Origin: Octopus sinensis
Taxonomy: Eukaryota
Assembly: GCF_006345805.1 (NCBI RefSeq)
Contig: NC_043012.1
Coordinates: 50,282,001-50,346,000 of the forward strand
DNA length: 64,000 nt
Direction of reading: 5' to 3'
Shown piece by piece: positions 1-11,595 of this stretch. Position numbers and translations under genes: made by a program. The notes beneath the pieces are model-generated. The model searched no databases, had not been told where the DNA came from, and worked only from the letters and a program-made list of their open reading frames with translations. Each line of letters starts with the position of its first letter. The first letter of the stretch is position 1.

Positions 1-30
1 GGATCTTTTGACTTCCAACAGTCTAATCTG

Positions 31-238
<208 letters not shown>

Positions 239-271
239 TGGTTTCAAATTTTGCCAACAGCGAAGCAATTT

Positions 272-451
272 TGAAGAGGGGCTATGTCGATTACATCGAC
301 CCCAGTGTTCCATTGGTGGTTAATTTATCGACCTCGAAATGATGATAGGCAAAGTCGACCTCGAAGGAATTCGAAGTTAGATCGTAGCGAGGGATGAAAT
401 ACCGCTAAGTACTTTGTCCGGTGTGCTAACAATTCTGCCAGTTCGCTGCCC
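272..451 (-). mobile_element. tRNA-derived SINE, family A (degenerate)
   Basis: Reverse complement gives an A-box-like head (ggcagcgaactggcagaattgttagc) and body gtcgactttgcc...gtcgataaatta...ggggtcgatgtaatcgac, shared with copies at 9643, 19442 and 23890. Confidence 0.85.
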
Positions 452-459
452 TCAAAAAA

Positions 460-505
460 TACCTGCGTCCACGGGTGGGCTCGAACCACTAAGCTTCCGG
501 CTTTA
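460..505 (-). pseudogene. 3' half of a tRNA-Asn-like sequence followed by a T-run
   Basis: Minus strand reads ccggaagcttagtggttcgagcccacccgtggacg-caggtattttt, resembling the T-arm and acceptor of eukaryotic tRNA-Asn (GGTGGTTCGAGCCCACCCAGGGACG). No 5' half is present. Confidence 0.45.
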
Positions 506-3010
506 AAAAATGCCTGCGTCTCTGTTTTGTTTCTTCTGATCATAATATTGCGACAAAAGATTTAGACAAGCTAAGAAAATGTGAAAATTTCCTAATGGAA
601 ATCGAACGGAAGTAAGAAAGGTGCGTCGGTGAGGGGCATCTGAAGGCGATTATAATACCAGTGATTGTTACGACCGTACGAATTACTGTTTGAAAATTAT
701 TTGAAAATCATTACCGAATTATCATCTCTGCAACAACTGCAAAAGACTGTTTTACCCAGTACGTTTTGAAAACAATAACTTTTAACGTAAATATATAATT
801 ATATTTATTTAAATTTTTACATAACTTTATTTGATTTTATAAGAGAAAACAGTGTCATGTTTTTTTCAGTGGTCAGTCAAACAGACACACTGAATTTCTT
901 TGCCCCAGATGTCAGAAGGACAGTCGGCAACAAAGGGAAACATAATTGAAGGTAAAAAAATACATATCAATATTAATAATACTAGCAGTTTTAATCGTTG
1001 GTGTTGTATATTTTCTGTATTAATACGTTATATTTTATTTCAAACATAGATTCATTGTGGTAATCAAGTCAGCGAATATCTTACAACTTATAGATTTTCG
1101 ACGTTGTTGTGCTTGATGTCTTTGAAGAACAGCAAGTTGTCTGACCATCAGAATGGATAAGGATCTAGCACACCATAAGGTGATGGTTCGAAATGCATTT
1201 AAATATTTAATGCATTTAAATGTTTAATGCAGTTAAATATAAAAATAGACAATCACATACATGCAAGCCCACACGCATGCACAGGCATATATTCCCCCAC
1301 GCGCTGACACTCACGTGCACACACACACACACACACAGACGCACACTCACCACATATAGTCTTGGTGTGTTAATTGCCTCTTGAAATATTCTGCCAATAA
1401 ATACCTTTATATTTTAATGTTGCGTTGGTATATTAATAATTTCGAAATAAAATCAGTTGCATTTGTTATTGTTTAACTCGAAGCTGGTTACATTCTGAAA
1501 CGAGGAACTAATAACCAAAATCGTAACAGCCGTGCATTTTCCTTTGTTGGAAATCGTTTTTCAAAACCATTATATTTCATACTATATAATTTACCGTATA
1601 CAGTTTTACTTGTGAGAGGGAAATTTAGCTGCTATTTCAACAGACCCATTAGTTGCGTAGAAGTACCCAGTTTTGTTTCATAAAAGCTTAGTGCAATACT
1701 TTTATATGAACGTGAATATTAGTACGTATTTCTGTGTCAATGATTCGCTTCCGCGATGTATTCAAGTAATTTTTGTCAACGAAACAAGTGGTTAATGTTC
1801 TCGTCATCTAGCTCGTAACATAAGCATTGGTTGAAGACATGTATGCTCCTATCGTTAGGTCTATCTCTTTTCCACGTGAATAACCATGTTATTTGTATTT
1901 CTAAATCAATGATCAGCCATTTCCGTGAAGGAATCTCAAATTTATTTAATGGTTGCACGGAACTCTAAACCACAGCATCTGAACAAAAACAATAGAACGA
2001 ATATTTCAGTAAAGCAACAAAAGACAAAAGAAAAATAAGGACACAAACAATAACAACGAACTGTAACATAATAGATTCGATTAGAAAACAACAACAAATA
2101 TAAGAAATCTCTGAAACGTTTGGCTTTCATTACACTGTATCAAGTTGTGTCATTATATTACGCGGGGAAAGCAAGTAGCAAGTGAAGATATAACTTTTCC
2201 TTGATAATTATACACAGCAACCAATATATACGTATCATTTTTTTTCTCCCATTTTCTCTCCCGCTCATCTTCTCTTACACTAACACTCTCTTATCCTCTT
2301 TCTTTCTCACGAGGTTTCTCTTTCTTTTTCTCTTATTTTCTCCAGATAACAGTCAGTTAATACAAGAGTATTAATTATTATTTTTCAGCACTAGATGTTA
2401 CCATACTTAATCCTTTTACATTGCACCCCGAAACAATATCATATTACGCATTTACTCATGTATTTTTTCCTCTTTTCTACACATCGCATCACGTCTTCAG
2501 ATTCAAAATTTACATTGATATCCGCAGTATGTCTCCTCCTTCTACTCTTCTCCTCATCGCCACCACCAACCTACTTCCAGTCTAATACATTCATCTTAAA
2601 AACTTCTCATCAAATCTCATTGTTATTTCTTTGTCCTCTTGCATCTTCACTTGATGACTTCACCAAAACAAGTTTACCCATTATTATTTGTCAGTAGACC
2701 TTGATCAATCTCTTTTTAATGTTTGACCCTGGAGGGTGGTGTTTTGTACCTGTTATAACTGCTTTTTGTCGCTATTGTTATCAGCGCACCTCACACACAG
2801 CATGATGGACTCTGTAATGTAATAAGTTTTCTTGATTCCAAATGTCGCATGTTATCTTTCAGTTTAGATTGCTGAAAGGTTTCACGTTGTATATAATCAT
2901 TTATCCTTGAATAAATCATTTACTCTCTTGCACTCGCTGACTGCCTTCAGTCACACTAATTTTTCAAAGAAATGTATGCAGACGAATACACACACAGAAA
3001 TGCGCGCACT

Positions 3011-3051
<41 letters not shown>

Positions 3052-3311
3052 TACACACACAAACACTCATACACAAACATATAATAGCATATTGAAGTCG
3101 AATCAGACACGTACACGCAAAATAAGTGTACTTATGAATGCATATATGTATCCGTGTAAATAAATATTCATATAAACTTACACACATATACATGCACATA
3201 CACAAACAGTACACATAAATTCCACATGAAACATACATACATATCCCACCACATATGTATATATATATATATATGTGTGTGTTTGTGTGTGTGTGTGTGT
3301 ACGTGTGTGTG

Positions 3312-3342
<31 letters not shown>

Positions 3343-3854
3343 ATAATTTATATGTGTGTATGTGTGAGTTTGTGAATGTGTATGTGTGTGTGTGAGTATG
3401 TGAATGTGTATGTGCGCGTGTGTATGTGTGTATAAAAGTGAGGGAGAGAAGGGCGTAAACAAAGTAGACAGGCAAACAAACAGATAGACAGACAGACACA
3501 GAAAATGAGTTCCACTTCACATAATATTATAAGCAATGCAAAAATTATTTATGACTCCCAGTTCAATGATCAAATTTCTGTCGATCAAACGAGGAAGGGA
3601 GACAACTTTGGTATTTTTCTTCATTTCAATTAGAAATGTGCATGCTGTGAGGGGGGGGGTATGTAATTATAAAGTAATCTCTTTGGCAGGTATTTTAAGT
3701 AGGACTTACACATAAGTCCAGCAGAGACTTTTCCTAATTTCTAAACTGGCGAATAATAGAATGTATGTATGTATGTATGTATGTATGTATGTATGTATGT
3801 ATGTATGTATGTATGTATGTAGTATGTATGTATGTATGTATGTGTATGTGTATA

Positions 3855-3888
<34 letters not shown>

Positions 3889-3893
3889 AGTAT

Positions 3894-4221
3894 ATACTTT
3901 ATAATTAGGGTTTAGCAAAGATTTGCCTTACCACATACCGAAGTTTAGAAATAGCAGCCAAAAAACCTAATCTATCTCCTCTACTTTAAAAAGTATTTTT
4001 TTCTTCTTTTTCCGGGAGTCCCTTTTTAAAGTAGAGAAAATAGCTAAGGTTTTTTCGCTGCTACTTCTAAACTGCGGTATGTGGTAAAGCAAATCTTTGC
4101 TGAACACTAATTATAAAGTATCACTTAAGTTTACCGTGAAATGGTCCTTTTTCATGCCAAATTCTTCTTGGTGAAATTATTAATTACTACTTAATTAATT
4201 AATTTTACCCTTTCTTATTAT

Positions 4222-4226
<5 letters not shown>
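3894..4226 (+). mobile_element. Older, truncated foldback copy related to the ~590-bp HHR element (HHR not retained)
   Basis: Imperfect ~100-bp inverted arms at 3894-3993 and 4022-4121 share gggtttagca...ttgccttaccacataccgaa...tagaaatagcag with the 6651 element. The right arm runs on to the same 3' end (ttaccc...ttattattgata) and joins (TA)n. Confidence 0.85.
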
Positions 4227-4261
<35 letters not shown>

Positions 4262-4360
4262 GTATGTTCGGGTATACAGTTTGTAGGTTGATGTTTAAAG
4301 ACCGTTGAAAATAACAGCAGTATACAGACAGGTATGAGGAGACATATCTACGCATACGAT

Positions 4361-4435
4361 GCACCCTGACGGTTTGTACATCATCTCACCTACAAGGTAA
4401 CACTGCATAACGGGACGAAACGATCGTCTTGAAGA
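4361..4435 (+). ncRNA. Possible highly degenerate hammerhead motif
   Basis: CTGACGG (4366-4372) and GAAA-CGATCG-TC (4417-4428) with a palindromic stem III; stems I and II do not pair convincingly. Confidence 0.25.
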
Positions 4436-5243
4436 ATTTCATGAATTAAATGAATTTCTTTTTCTCATATTTCATATGTATGTATGTATGCATGCATGCA
4501 TCTATGCGTATATGTTTGTATGCATGTACGTATGCATGCATATATATAAAGATATGGAAACTTTTGAAGGGCTAGCAAGCCAACATATATTATAATAGCT
4601 TGAAGAAATAGTGGAGGACATTTTCTTCTTGGAAAATAAATGACTAAATTATAGTAATTTATTTTTATGATCAATAAAGATATGTTTTATAACTTTCAGA
4701 TTCGTAGATGGTGCTTCGTATGATTAATTTATATTTTGCATATGATTTCCTGCTCTGAAAAGGCCAAACTTATATTACAACGTGGCAGGGAGAGAGAGTA
4801 GAACATTTATTGAACGTAATATCGCGTAGGTTCTTTGTGAAATGCACATCATATATTCAAAGAAATAACTGGTTATTATTATTGTCATGTGAATAGTATC
4901 ATGCATATTTGGTCACAATCTTTGCAAAGCCCTGTACGCGCATGACTGGGTTTAACATGACCAAACCCGAGTACATATCGCTGGCAGTTTAACAGATACA
5001 GAATAAGTCTTAGGGATAAAATATACCGGATACCATATTTACCAGATACCATATTTAAAGTTTAAATACCTTTAGAAAGAGAAATAAACGAAGAAAGACA
5101 AAGCGTTCGTAAGACGAATGTATAATCCCACAAATATTGAAATGCATTGCACGTGTGTATGTGTGTGTGTAAGAGAGAGAGAGAGAGAGAGTACGCGTGC
5201 GTGTCTGTCTACATCTGTAAATATACATGTCTGTATATATGTA

Positions 5244-5321
<78 letters not shown>

Positions 5322-5384
5322 TACTCTACCCCTGGTGTTTGAGTACTCTTTTTTCCACCTTGTTTCACATTATGTGTTTACTCC

Positions 5385-5425
<41 letters not shown>

Positions 5426-5426
<1 letters not shown>

Positions 5427-5760
5427 GGTCCCGGGTTGATTCGGGGTTAACCACAGTAAATAAGGTACTCAATACATAGCAGAGTAAAAATAATTTATTA
5501 TATAGAAGGAGCTTCTACAGTACTAGAACTGTTTCATTCAAGAGAAATCTTCAGGAAGCTAGTTAACAAGAATTGTATTGGCATTTATACATTTAGGCAG
5601 GTTTAAAGGGGTGATGGTGGGGGACTTTTTGGGGGTAGGCATAGCGCAAAAAAATCATACTTGGGGGAGTGGTCAAGGAATCAGTGGTAAATTAGATAGA
5701 AGAATAAATAAAAGAATAAAAAAAGGGGAGAATAAAAAAATATATAGAAGAATAGTTTTA
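5426..5760 (-). mobile_element. Short non-autonomous element carrying a type I HHR, fused to (TA)n
   Basis: Non-microsatellite block between (TA)n and (CA/TA)n tracts, containing the HHR at 5510-5560. The left boundary is sharp; the right boundary is approximate. Confidence 0.6.
5510..5560 (-). ncRNA. Type I hammerhead ribozyme
   Basis: Minus strand: AGCUUC-CUGAAGA-UUUCUCUUGAAU-GAAA-CAGU(UCUAGU)ACUG-UA/GAAGCU. Stem I is 6 bp, the core is canonical, stem II is 3 bp plus a U-U mismatch, stem III is 4 bp plus A-U. Predicted GUA cleavage between 5516 and 5515. Confidence 0.85.
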
Positions 5761-5905
5761 GGTAAATAAGGAATATCTCACTTATACCTATAGACATATG
5801 TATACATATATACACACACACACACATATACATACTCACATACATACACACACACCCATATATATATATACACACACCCACATACATATACATACATATA
5901 TCTAC

Positions 5906-5936
<31 letters not shown>

Positions 5937-6083
5937 CACATATACATGCATATACATATACACACACATGTATATATACACACACACACGACCACACATA
6001 CACATACACACATATATCCACATACACACATGCACACACAACACACACAAGTCCCTATATACTCATATATACTTATACACATG

Positions 6084-6120
<37 letters not shown>

Positions 6121-6126
6121 CTATAT

Positions 6127-6172
<46 letters not shown>

Positions 6173-6618
6173 CATATGTGTACCTATTCATACCTACACA
6201 TACACACATGTATACATGCAAATACGAACCCATTCCCTAATTTTAATTTTATTATCTTCATTTATTACTTTTGTTATCTTTGACCGCTGGTCACAAGCAT
6301 CTTGGCTACGACATCTAGTCCCTTTTATCTTTCTACTTGAGCACAAGCACTCACTCACGCACGCACACTCGTTAGCACGCACACTCACTCATTCGTACAC
6401 TCATACACATACACGCACGCACGCGTTTTATTCATACATACATACATCTACATACATACACGTATATACACATACGTACGCGTACCTACAGATTCATGTC
6501 TACAATCTTAGAAGACTAGTCTATACATATACACCAATAAATATATATACACACATACATATACACCTACATACAAATACATACATACATATATATACAC
6601 ACACATATACATACACAT

Positions 6619-6651
<33 letters not shown>

Positions 6652-6820
6652 GCAACGAATTGCCTTACCACATACCGAATTTAGAAATAGCAGTCAAAGA
6701 GTTATAGCTATTTCTTCTACTAAAAAGGGGGAGATCTCAGTAAAAACAGCAATTGGAAGGCAGACACAAACAGGTAAGAGAGAATGAATTGACGGCAATC
6801 TATCATACAATTTTAAGTTA

Positions 6821-6921
6821 TCTACGGACGTACGTTTCGAAATCAAGTTTTTAGGAAAGCATAAGAATTAAATATTAAATAATTCTATCTTACCAAAAAC
6901 TTCTTTTCTCTTCAGCGTAGA
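6821..6921 (-). ncRNA. Type I hammerhead ribozyme with extended stem II
   Basis: Minus strand: UCUACG-CUGAAGA-[~70-nt hairpin closed by GAAA/UUUC]-GAAA-CGUACG-UC/CGUAGA. Stem I is 6 bp; stem III is the palindrome ACGUACGU. Confidence 0.88.
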
Positions 6922-7889
6922 ATACTATAATCATAAATGATTATATATTGAATTTTGAGATACTAGAAGGCACCAACTGAACTCAGTATCAGAGCGAGCT
7001 AGAATCCGCAACTAGTATCACCAAATTCAATGCGTGAATGAAAAGATTGTGTCACCAGCCCCTTCCCACCCGCGTGTAGCCAAAACAAGATGCTGTGGTC
7101 ACTACTGAGATAAAATAGGGTTATCCGTAATAATGAATGGTGAAATTAATTATTTGGAATAATTATCAATTACACCAAGTAGTCTTCGGCATGTAAAAGC
7201 CTCATTCGAGGAAAATTTAAGTAATACTAAGCAATAAAGGGTTTAGCAACGAATTGCCTTACCACATACCGAATTTAGAAATAGCAGTCAAAGAGTTATA
7301 GCTATTTCTTCTACTAAAAGGGGAGATCTCAGTAAAAACAGCAATTGGAAGGCAGACACAAACAGGTAACTTAAAATTGTATGATAGATGGTATGGTAGA
7401 TAACTTAAAATTGTATGATAGATTGCCGTCAATTCATTCTCTCTTACCTGTTTGTGTCTGCCTTCCAATTGCTGTTTTTACTGAGATCTCCCTTTTTAGT
7501 AGAAGAAATAGCTATACTCTTGACTGCTATTTCTAAATTCGGTATGTGGTAAGGCAATTCGTTGCTAAACCCTTTATTGCTTAGTATTACTTAAATTTTC
7601 CTCGAATGAGGCTTTTACATGCCGAAGACTACTTGGTGTAATTGATAATTATTCCAAATTAATTAATTTCACCCTTCATTATACGGATAACCATATTTTA
7701 TCTTAGTAGATGACCACAGCATCTTGTTTTGGCTACACGCGGGTGGGAAGGGGCTGGTGACACAATCTTTTCATTCACGCATTGAATTTGGTGATACTAG
7801 TTGCGGATTCTAGCTCGCTCTGATACTGAGTTGAGTTGGTGCCTTCTAGTATCTCAAAATTCATATATAATCATTTATGATTATAGTAT

Positions 7890-7988
7890 TCTACGCTGAA
7901 GAGAAAGAAGTTTTTGGTAAGATAGAATTATTTAATATTTAATTCTTATGCTTCCTAAAAACTTGATTTTGAAACGTACGTCCGTAGA
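7890..7988 (+). ncRNA. Type I hammerhead ribozyme with extended stem II
   Basis: tctacg 7890-7895, CTGAAGA 7896-7902, stem II hairpin 7903-7970, GAAA 7971-7974, cgtacg, TC 7981-7982 (predicted GUC cleavage after 7982), cgtaga 7983-7988 pairing with 7890-7895. Confidence 0.88.
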
Positions 7989-8519
7989 TAACTTAAAATT
8001 GTATGATAGATTGCCATCAATTCATTCTCTCTTACCTGTTTGTGTCTGCCTTCCAATTGCTGTTTTTCCTGAGATCTCCCTTTTTAGTAGAAGAAATAGC
8101 TATAACTCTTTGACTGCTATTTCTAAATTCGGTATGTGGTAGGCAATTCGTTGGCTAAACCCTTATTGCTTAGTATCACTTAAATTTTCCTCGAATAAGG
8201 CTTTTACATGCCGAAGACTACTTGGTGTAATTGATAATTATCCAAATTAATTAATTTCACCCTTCATTATTACGGATAACTATATATATATATATATATA
8301 TATATACATACATATCCGCATACATACATACATACATACACCCATACATACATACACATATACACACATGCACACACCCACACGTATACATATACATACA
8401 TATACGCGCATGCATACACATACAAATACATACACATACACATATACATATACATACATACACACATATATATATATATACACATACATATATATATATA
8501 GATAGATATATATATATAT

Positions 8520-8560
<41 letters not shown>

Positions 8561-8564
<4 letters not shown>

Positions 8565-8690
8565 CAGGACTCGTTGTGTGGTAATTACTTTACTTCCCAT
8601 CTTCATTGTCCGGGGTCATTTCTTCTAATATGACCTTGGCCCGACAAAGCCTTGTGAGTGGATTTGACTGACAGAACTTGAAAGAACCTG
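8561..8690 (+). mobile_element. tRNA-derived SINE family C, 5' part (degenerate)
   Basis: ggcgcagga...gtgtggtaa...ccgacaaagccttgtgagtggatttg...gaaactgaaagaa-like sequence matches the fuller copy at 55533. Confidence 0.7.
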
Positions 8691-8925
8691 AAATTTGATG
8701 CAGGTTCTCTGCTCAACGTTCTCTGTTATGGTCAATGCGACGATCGCACTCTACACACCTACCTTCCTAACATTGCTGTAGACATCAGAAATGAACTACA
8801 CAGTGAGAACTTAGTGTACATGCACAGGAGAGATCAAGGTCAATCTGTGCGAAGCAGCTTTAGTCTGTATGCTTTAGCTTCGTAACTATAGCAACAGTCC
8901 GGATAGTTATTGACCAGACCACGTG
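8690..8925 (-). mobile_element. mariner 5' fragment (terminal inverted repeat (TIR) plus start of transposase)
   Basis: Minus strand begins with the mariner-type end cacgtggtctggtcaataactatccggact and later reads accataacagagaacgttgagcagagaacctgcatcaaattt, a decayed (M)TERVEQRICIKF N-terminus. Confidence 0.7.
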
Positions 8926-9541
8926 TGTCTGTGTGTGGTTTTCTTTGTATGTATTCGTGTGCACGTGTGCATGTGTGTGTGTGTATGCATGTGTCTTTAT
9001 GTTTGTAAGTCAGACCATTGCACGTAGCTAGATGACATTTTTCATAGCGGTACAAACTTCGATCGATATAGATTATGAGAATTGTTTTAAAATAATTTTT
9101 CTCATAGCTTTGGATAGAAAACAAATAAATTCTAAAACTATGGTGTTCAGCCAAGGCCTTCAATAGTCACTCGAAAATTTGCAGATTAAGAAACTAATTC
9201 ATTTAGGAAACATTATTTTGAATATGAGCTATGTTTTTGCAAGAAAGTTGGCAAAAATCTGGCAAAAACTTGTATTTTAGTTTTTATAAGCGTTTCTATA
9301 ATTTTTTACCAGATGAAGAAATTCAAATTCAATAATTTTCTCAGATATTTTGAAAACAAAATTTATAATGGAATAGACACTCCTTGGTAGATTGAAAATA
9401 AATGATAGCAACCTTCAAAAGTAATTTACACCAAATATGGTAATTGCATGTCAAGTATTTTAAATATTAATAAACCTGGTTATGTATTAGTGCGACCTCA
9501 ATTTCTGTACAACTATGCGTCTATCTATCTATCTATCTATC

Positions 9542-9609
<68 letters not shown>

Positions 9610-9642
9610 GTCTATCTATCTATCTATGTATTCATATATATA

Positions 9643-9870
9643 TTTCTTTACTACCCACGAGGGGCTAAACACAGAGGGGACAAACAAGGACAGACAAAGG
9701 GATTAAGTCGACTACATCGACCCCAGTGCGTAACTGGTACTTAATTTATCGACCCCGAAAGGATGAAAGACAAAGTCGACCTCGGCGGAATTTGAACTCG
9801 GAACCTAACGACAGACGAAATACGGCTACGAATTTCGCCCGGCGTGCTAACGTTTCTACCAGCTCGCCGC
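9643..9870 (-). mobile_element. tRNA-derived SINE family A, near full length
   Basis: Head ggcgagctggtagaaacgttagc, B-box-like gttcaaattcc, tail ...gtgggtagtaaagaaata on the minus strand; near-identical to 19442 and 23890. Confidence 0.92.
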
Positions 9871-9964
9871 ATGCATACATACATGCATACATACATGCAT
9901 ACAAACATACATACATACATACATACATACAATACATACATACATACATACATACATACATACA

Positions 9965-10815
9965 TACGAGAGAGCACCAAAAGATCCTCGAATAGTTCTG
10001 AAGCCCACTACCAGATGACAGTACACGGTTGCGTGCGCAGTGACAGCTACCAGTAAATTTCATGAGGTAGTGTGCAAAGTAACATCTCTGAGTTTACTTC
10101 ACAAATTTTGAAATGTGTGCTTTTGCGAATACGTGTAAACGGTAGTCTGAAATTTTACCTGAAACTGCTACAGAGGTGTTGGGCATGCTTCGGCAAGCTT
10201 ACAGTTACGAGGCAATGGAACGTACGAAATGCTTCGAGTGGCACGAGCGCCTCAAAAGCGGAAGAATAAACTCTGGAAGATGATAAGAGACCTGGAATTC
10301 CCACCACAAGAGTAAGCCCCGGATATGTGGTATTGTGCATTAGGAATTCGTCCTGAGAGCGAAACCGTGAATCGAGAGTTCTAATGTGATGTTTGAAGCA
10401 TTTGAGGTAGCATATTCGGGGGGAGCGACCGGATCTGTGGGGCGCGAAGATTTTGGATTCTTCCCGACTGCAGTTGACCCTGTCACCAAACTTTCCTCAC
10501 TCGTGAGTTACTTGCCAAAAGCATGGTATCGCTTCCTCCCCTATCCTGTTCTCCAGATTTACCACTTCCGGACTTCCGTCTCTTCCAGATGAAAATGTAG
10601 CTCAAATGTCGACGTTTTAACACAGTTGTCGAGATCAAGGTCGAATCGCAGAAGGTCCTCGAGTCGCATACGACTTCTACGCCGGATTCCAAATGTGCCA
10701 GGAACCATACTACCTATGTATTGCTGCGCAAGGTTACTGTTGAGAAGATGATCTTAAATATATTTTTTATTTATTAAGCATAACTAGTCTGGGTACCTTA
10801 TGATAGCACCTCGTA
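9965..10815 (+). mobile_element. Internally deleted mariner transposon remnant
   Basis: TACGAG at 9965 and CTCGTA at 10810-10815 (imperfect TIRs). Broken frames encode ETATEVLGMLRQAYSYEAMERTKCFEWHERLKSG (HTH region) and LKCRRFNTVVEIKVESQKVLES (mariner C-terminus). Confidence 0.85.
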
Positions 10816-10844
10816 CACACACACACAGATATATGAATACACCC

Positions 10845-10890
<46 letters not shown>

Positions 10891-10931
10891 ATATATAAGT
10901 ATGTATATATGTATGTATATATATATGTATG

Positions 10932-10963
<32 letters not shown>

Positions 10964-11016
10964 ATATATATATATATATATTATATATATATATATAGGT
11001 ACATACGTATTTACAT

Positions 11017-11069
<53 letters not shown>

Positions 11070-11077
11070 TACATACT

Positions 11078-11176
<99 letters not shown>

Positions 11177-11230
11177 CATGTATATGCCTGTATATGTAGC
11201 TACAAAAATATATATGTATTTAGATATACA

Positions 11231-11595
11231 GAGGCGCAAGGGCCCAGTAGTTTGGGCAGAGCATTTGCGATCGTAGAAATCGCGGTTTAGATTTTCCAGA
11301 CCGGGTGGTGTGAGTGTTTATTGAGCGAAAACACCTAAAACTCCACGAGGCTCCGGGAAGGTGTGGTGGTGAACCTTGCTGTACTCTTTCAACACAAGTT
11401 TCTCTCACTGTCTCTGTTGTACCTCTATTTCAAAGGCCAGACTTGTCACACTCTGTGTCACTCTGAATGACCCCGAGAAATACGTTAAGGGAAGACGTGT
11501 CTGCGGATTGCTTAGCCACTTGCATGTTAATTTCACAAGCAGGCTGTTCGGTTGATCGGATCAACTAGAACCCTTGTCGTCGTAACCGAGTGCCT
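11231..11595 (+). mobile_element. tRNA-derived SINE family B
   Basis: Head gaggcgcaagggcccagtagtttgggcagag...ggtttagattttccagaccggg (A/B-box-like); the reverse complement of this head recurs at ~49990-50112. Confidence 0.85.

Larger units (their letters stand above)
6651..8280. mobile_element. Head-to-head foldback of a ~590-bp tandem HHR-bearing unit (retrozyme-like / Penelope-dependent non-autonomous element)
   Basis: Left arm 6651-7369 (agcaacgaattgcc recurs at 6651 and 7245, period 594). Right arm 7396-8280 is its reverse complement (period ~590). Each arm contains one HHR and both outer ends abut (TA)n. Confidence 0.92.

Noticed and set aside
6651-8280. Calling the foldbacks MITEs or CRISPR-like arrays
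   Set aside because: The arms are asymmetric, differ in length between loci and exceed one tandem unit, there is no TSD, and there are no unique spacers. A retro-origin fits better.
8700-8885. Apparent plus-strand exon (cag|GSLLNVLCYGQCDDRTLH...) with ~60 open codons
   Set aside because: The opposite strand is a mariner 5' end with TIR and transposase start, which explains the sequence.
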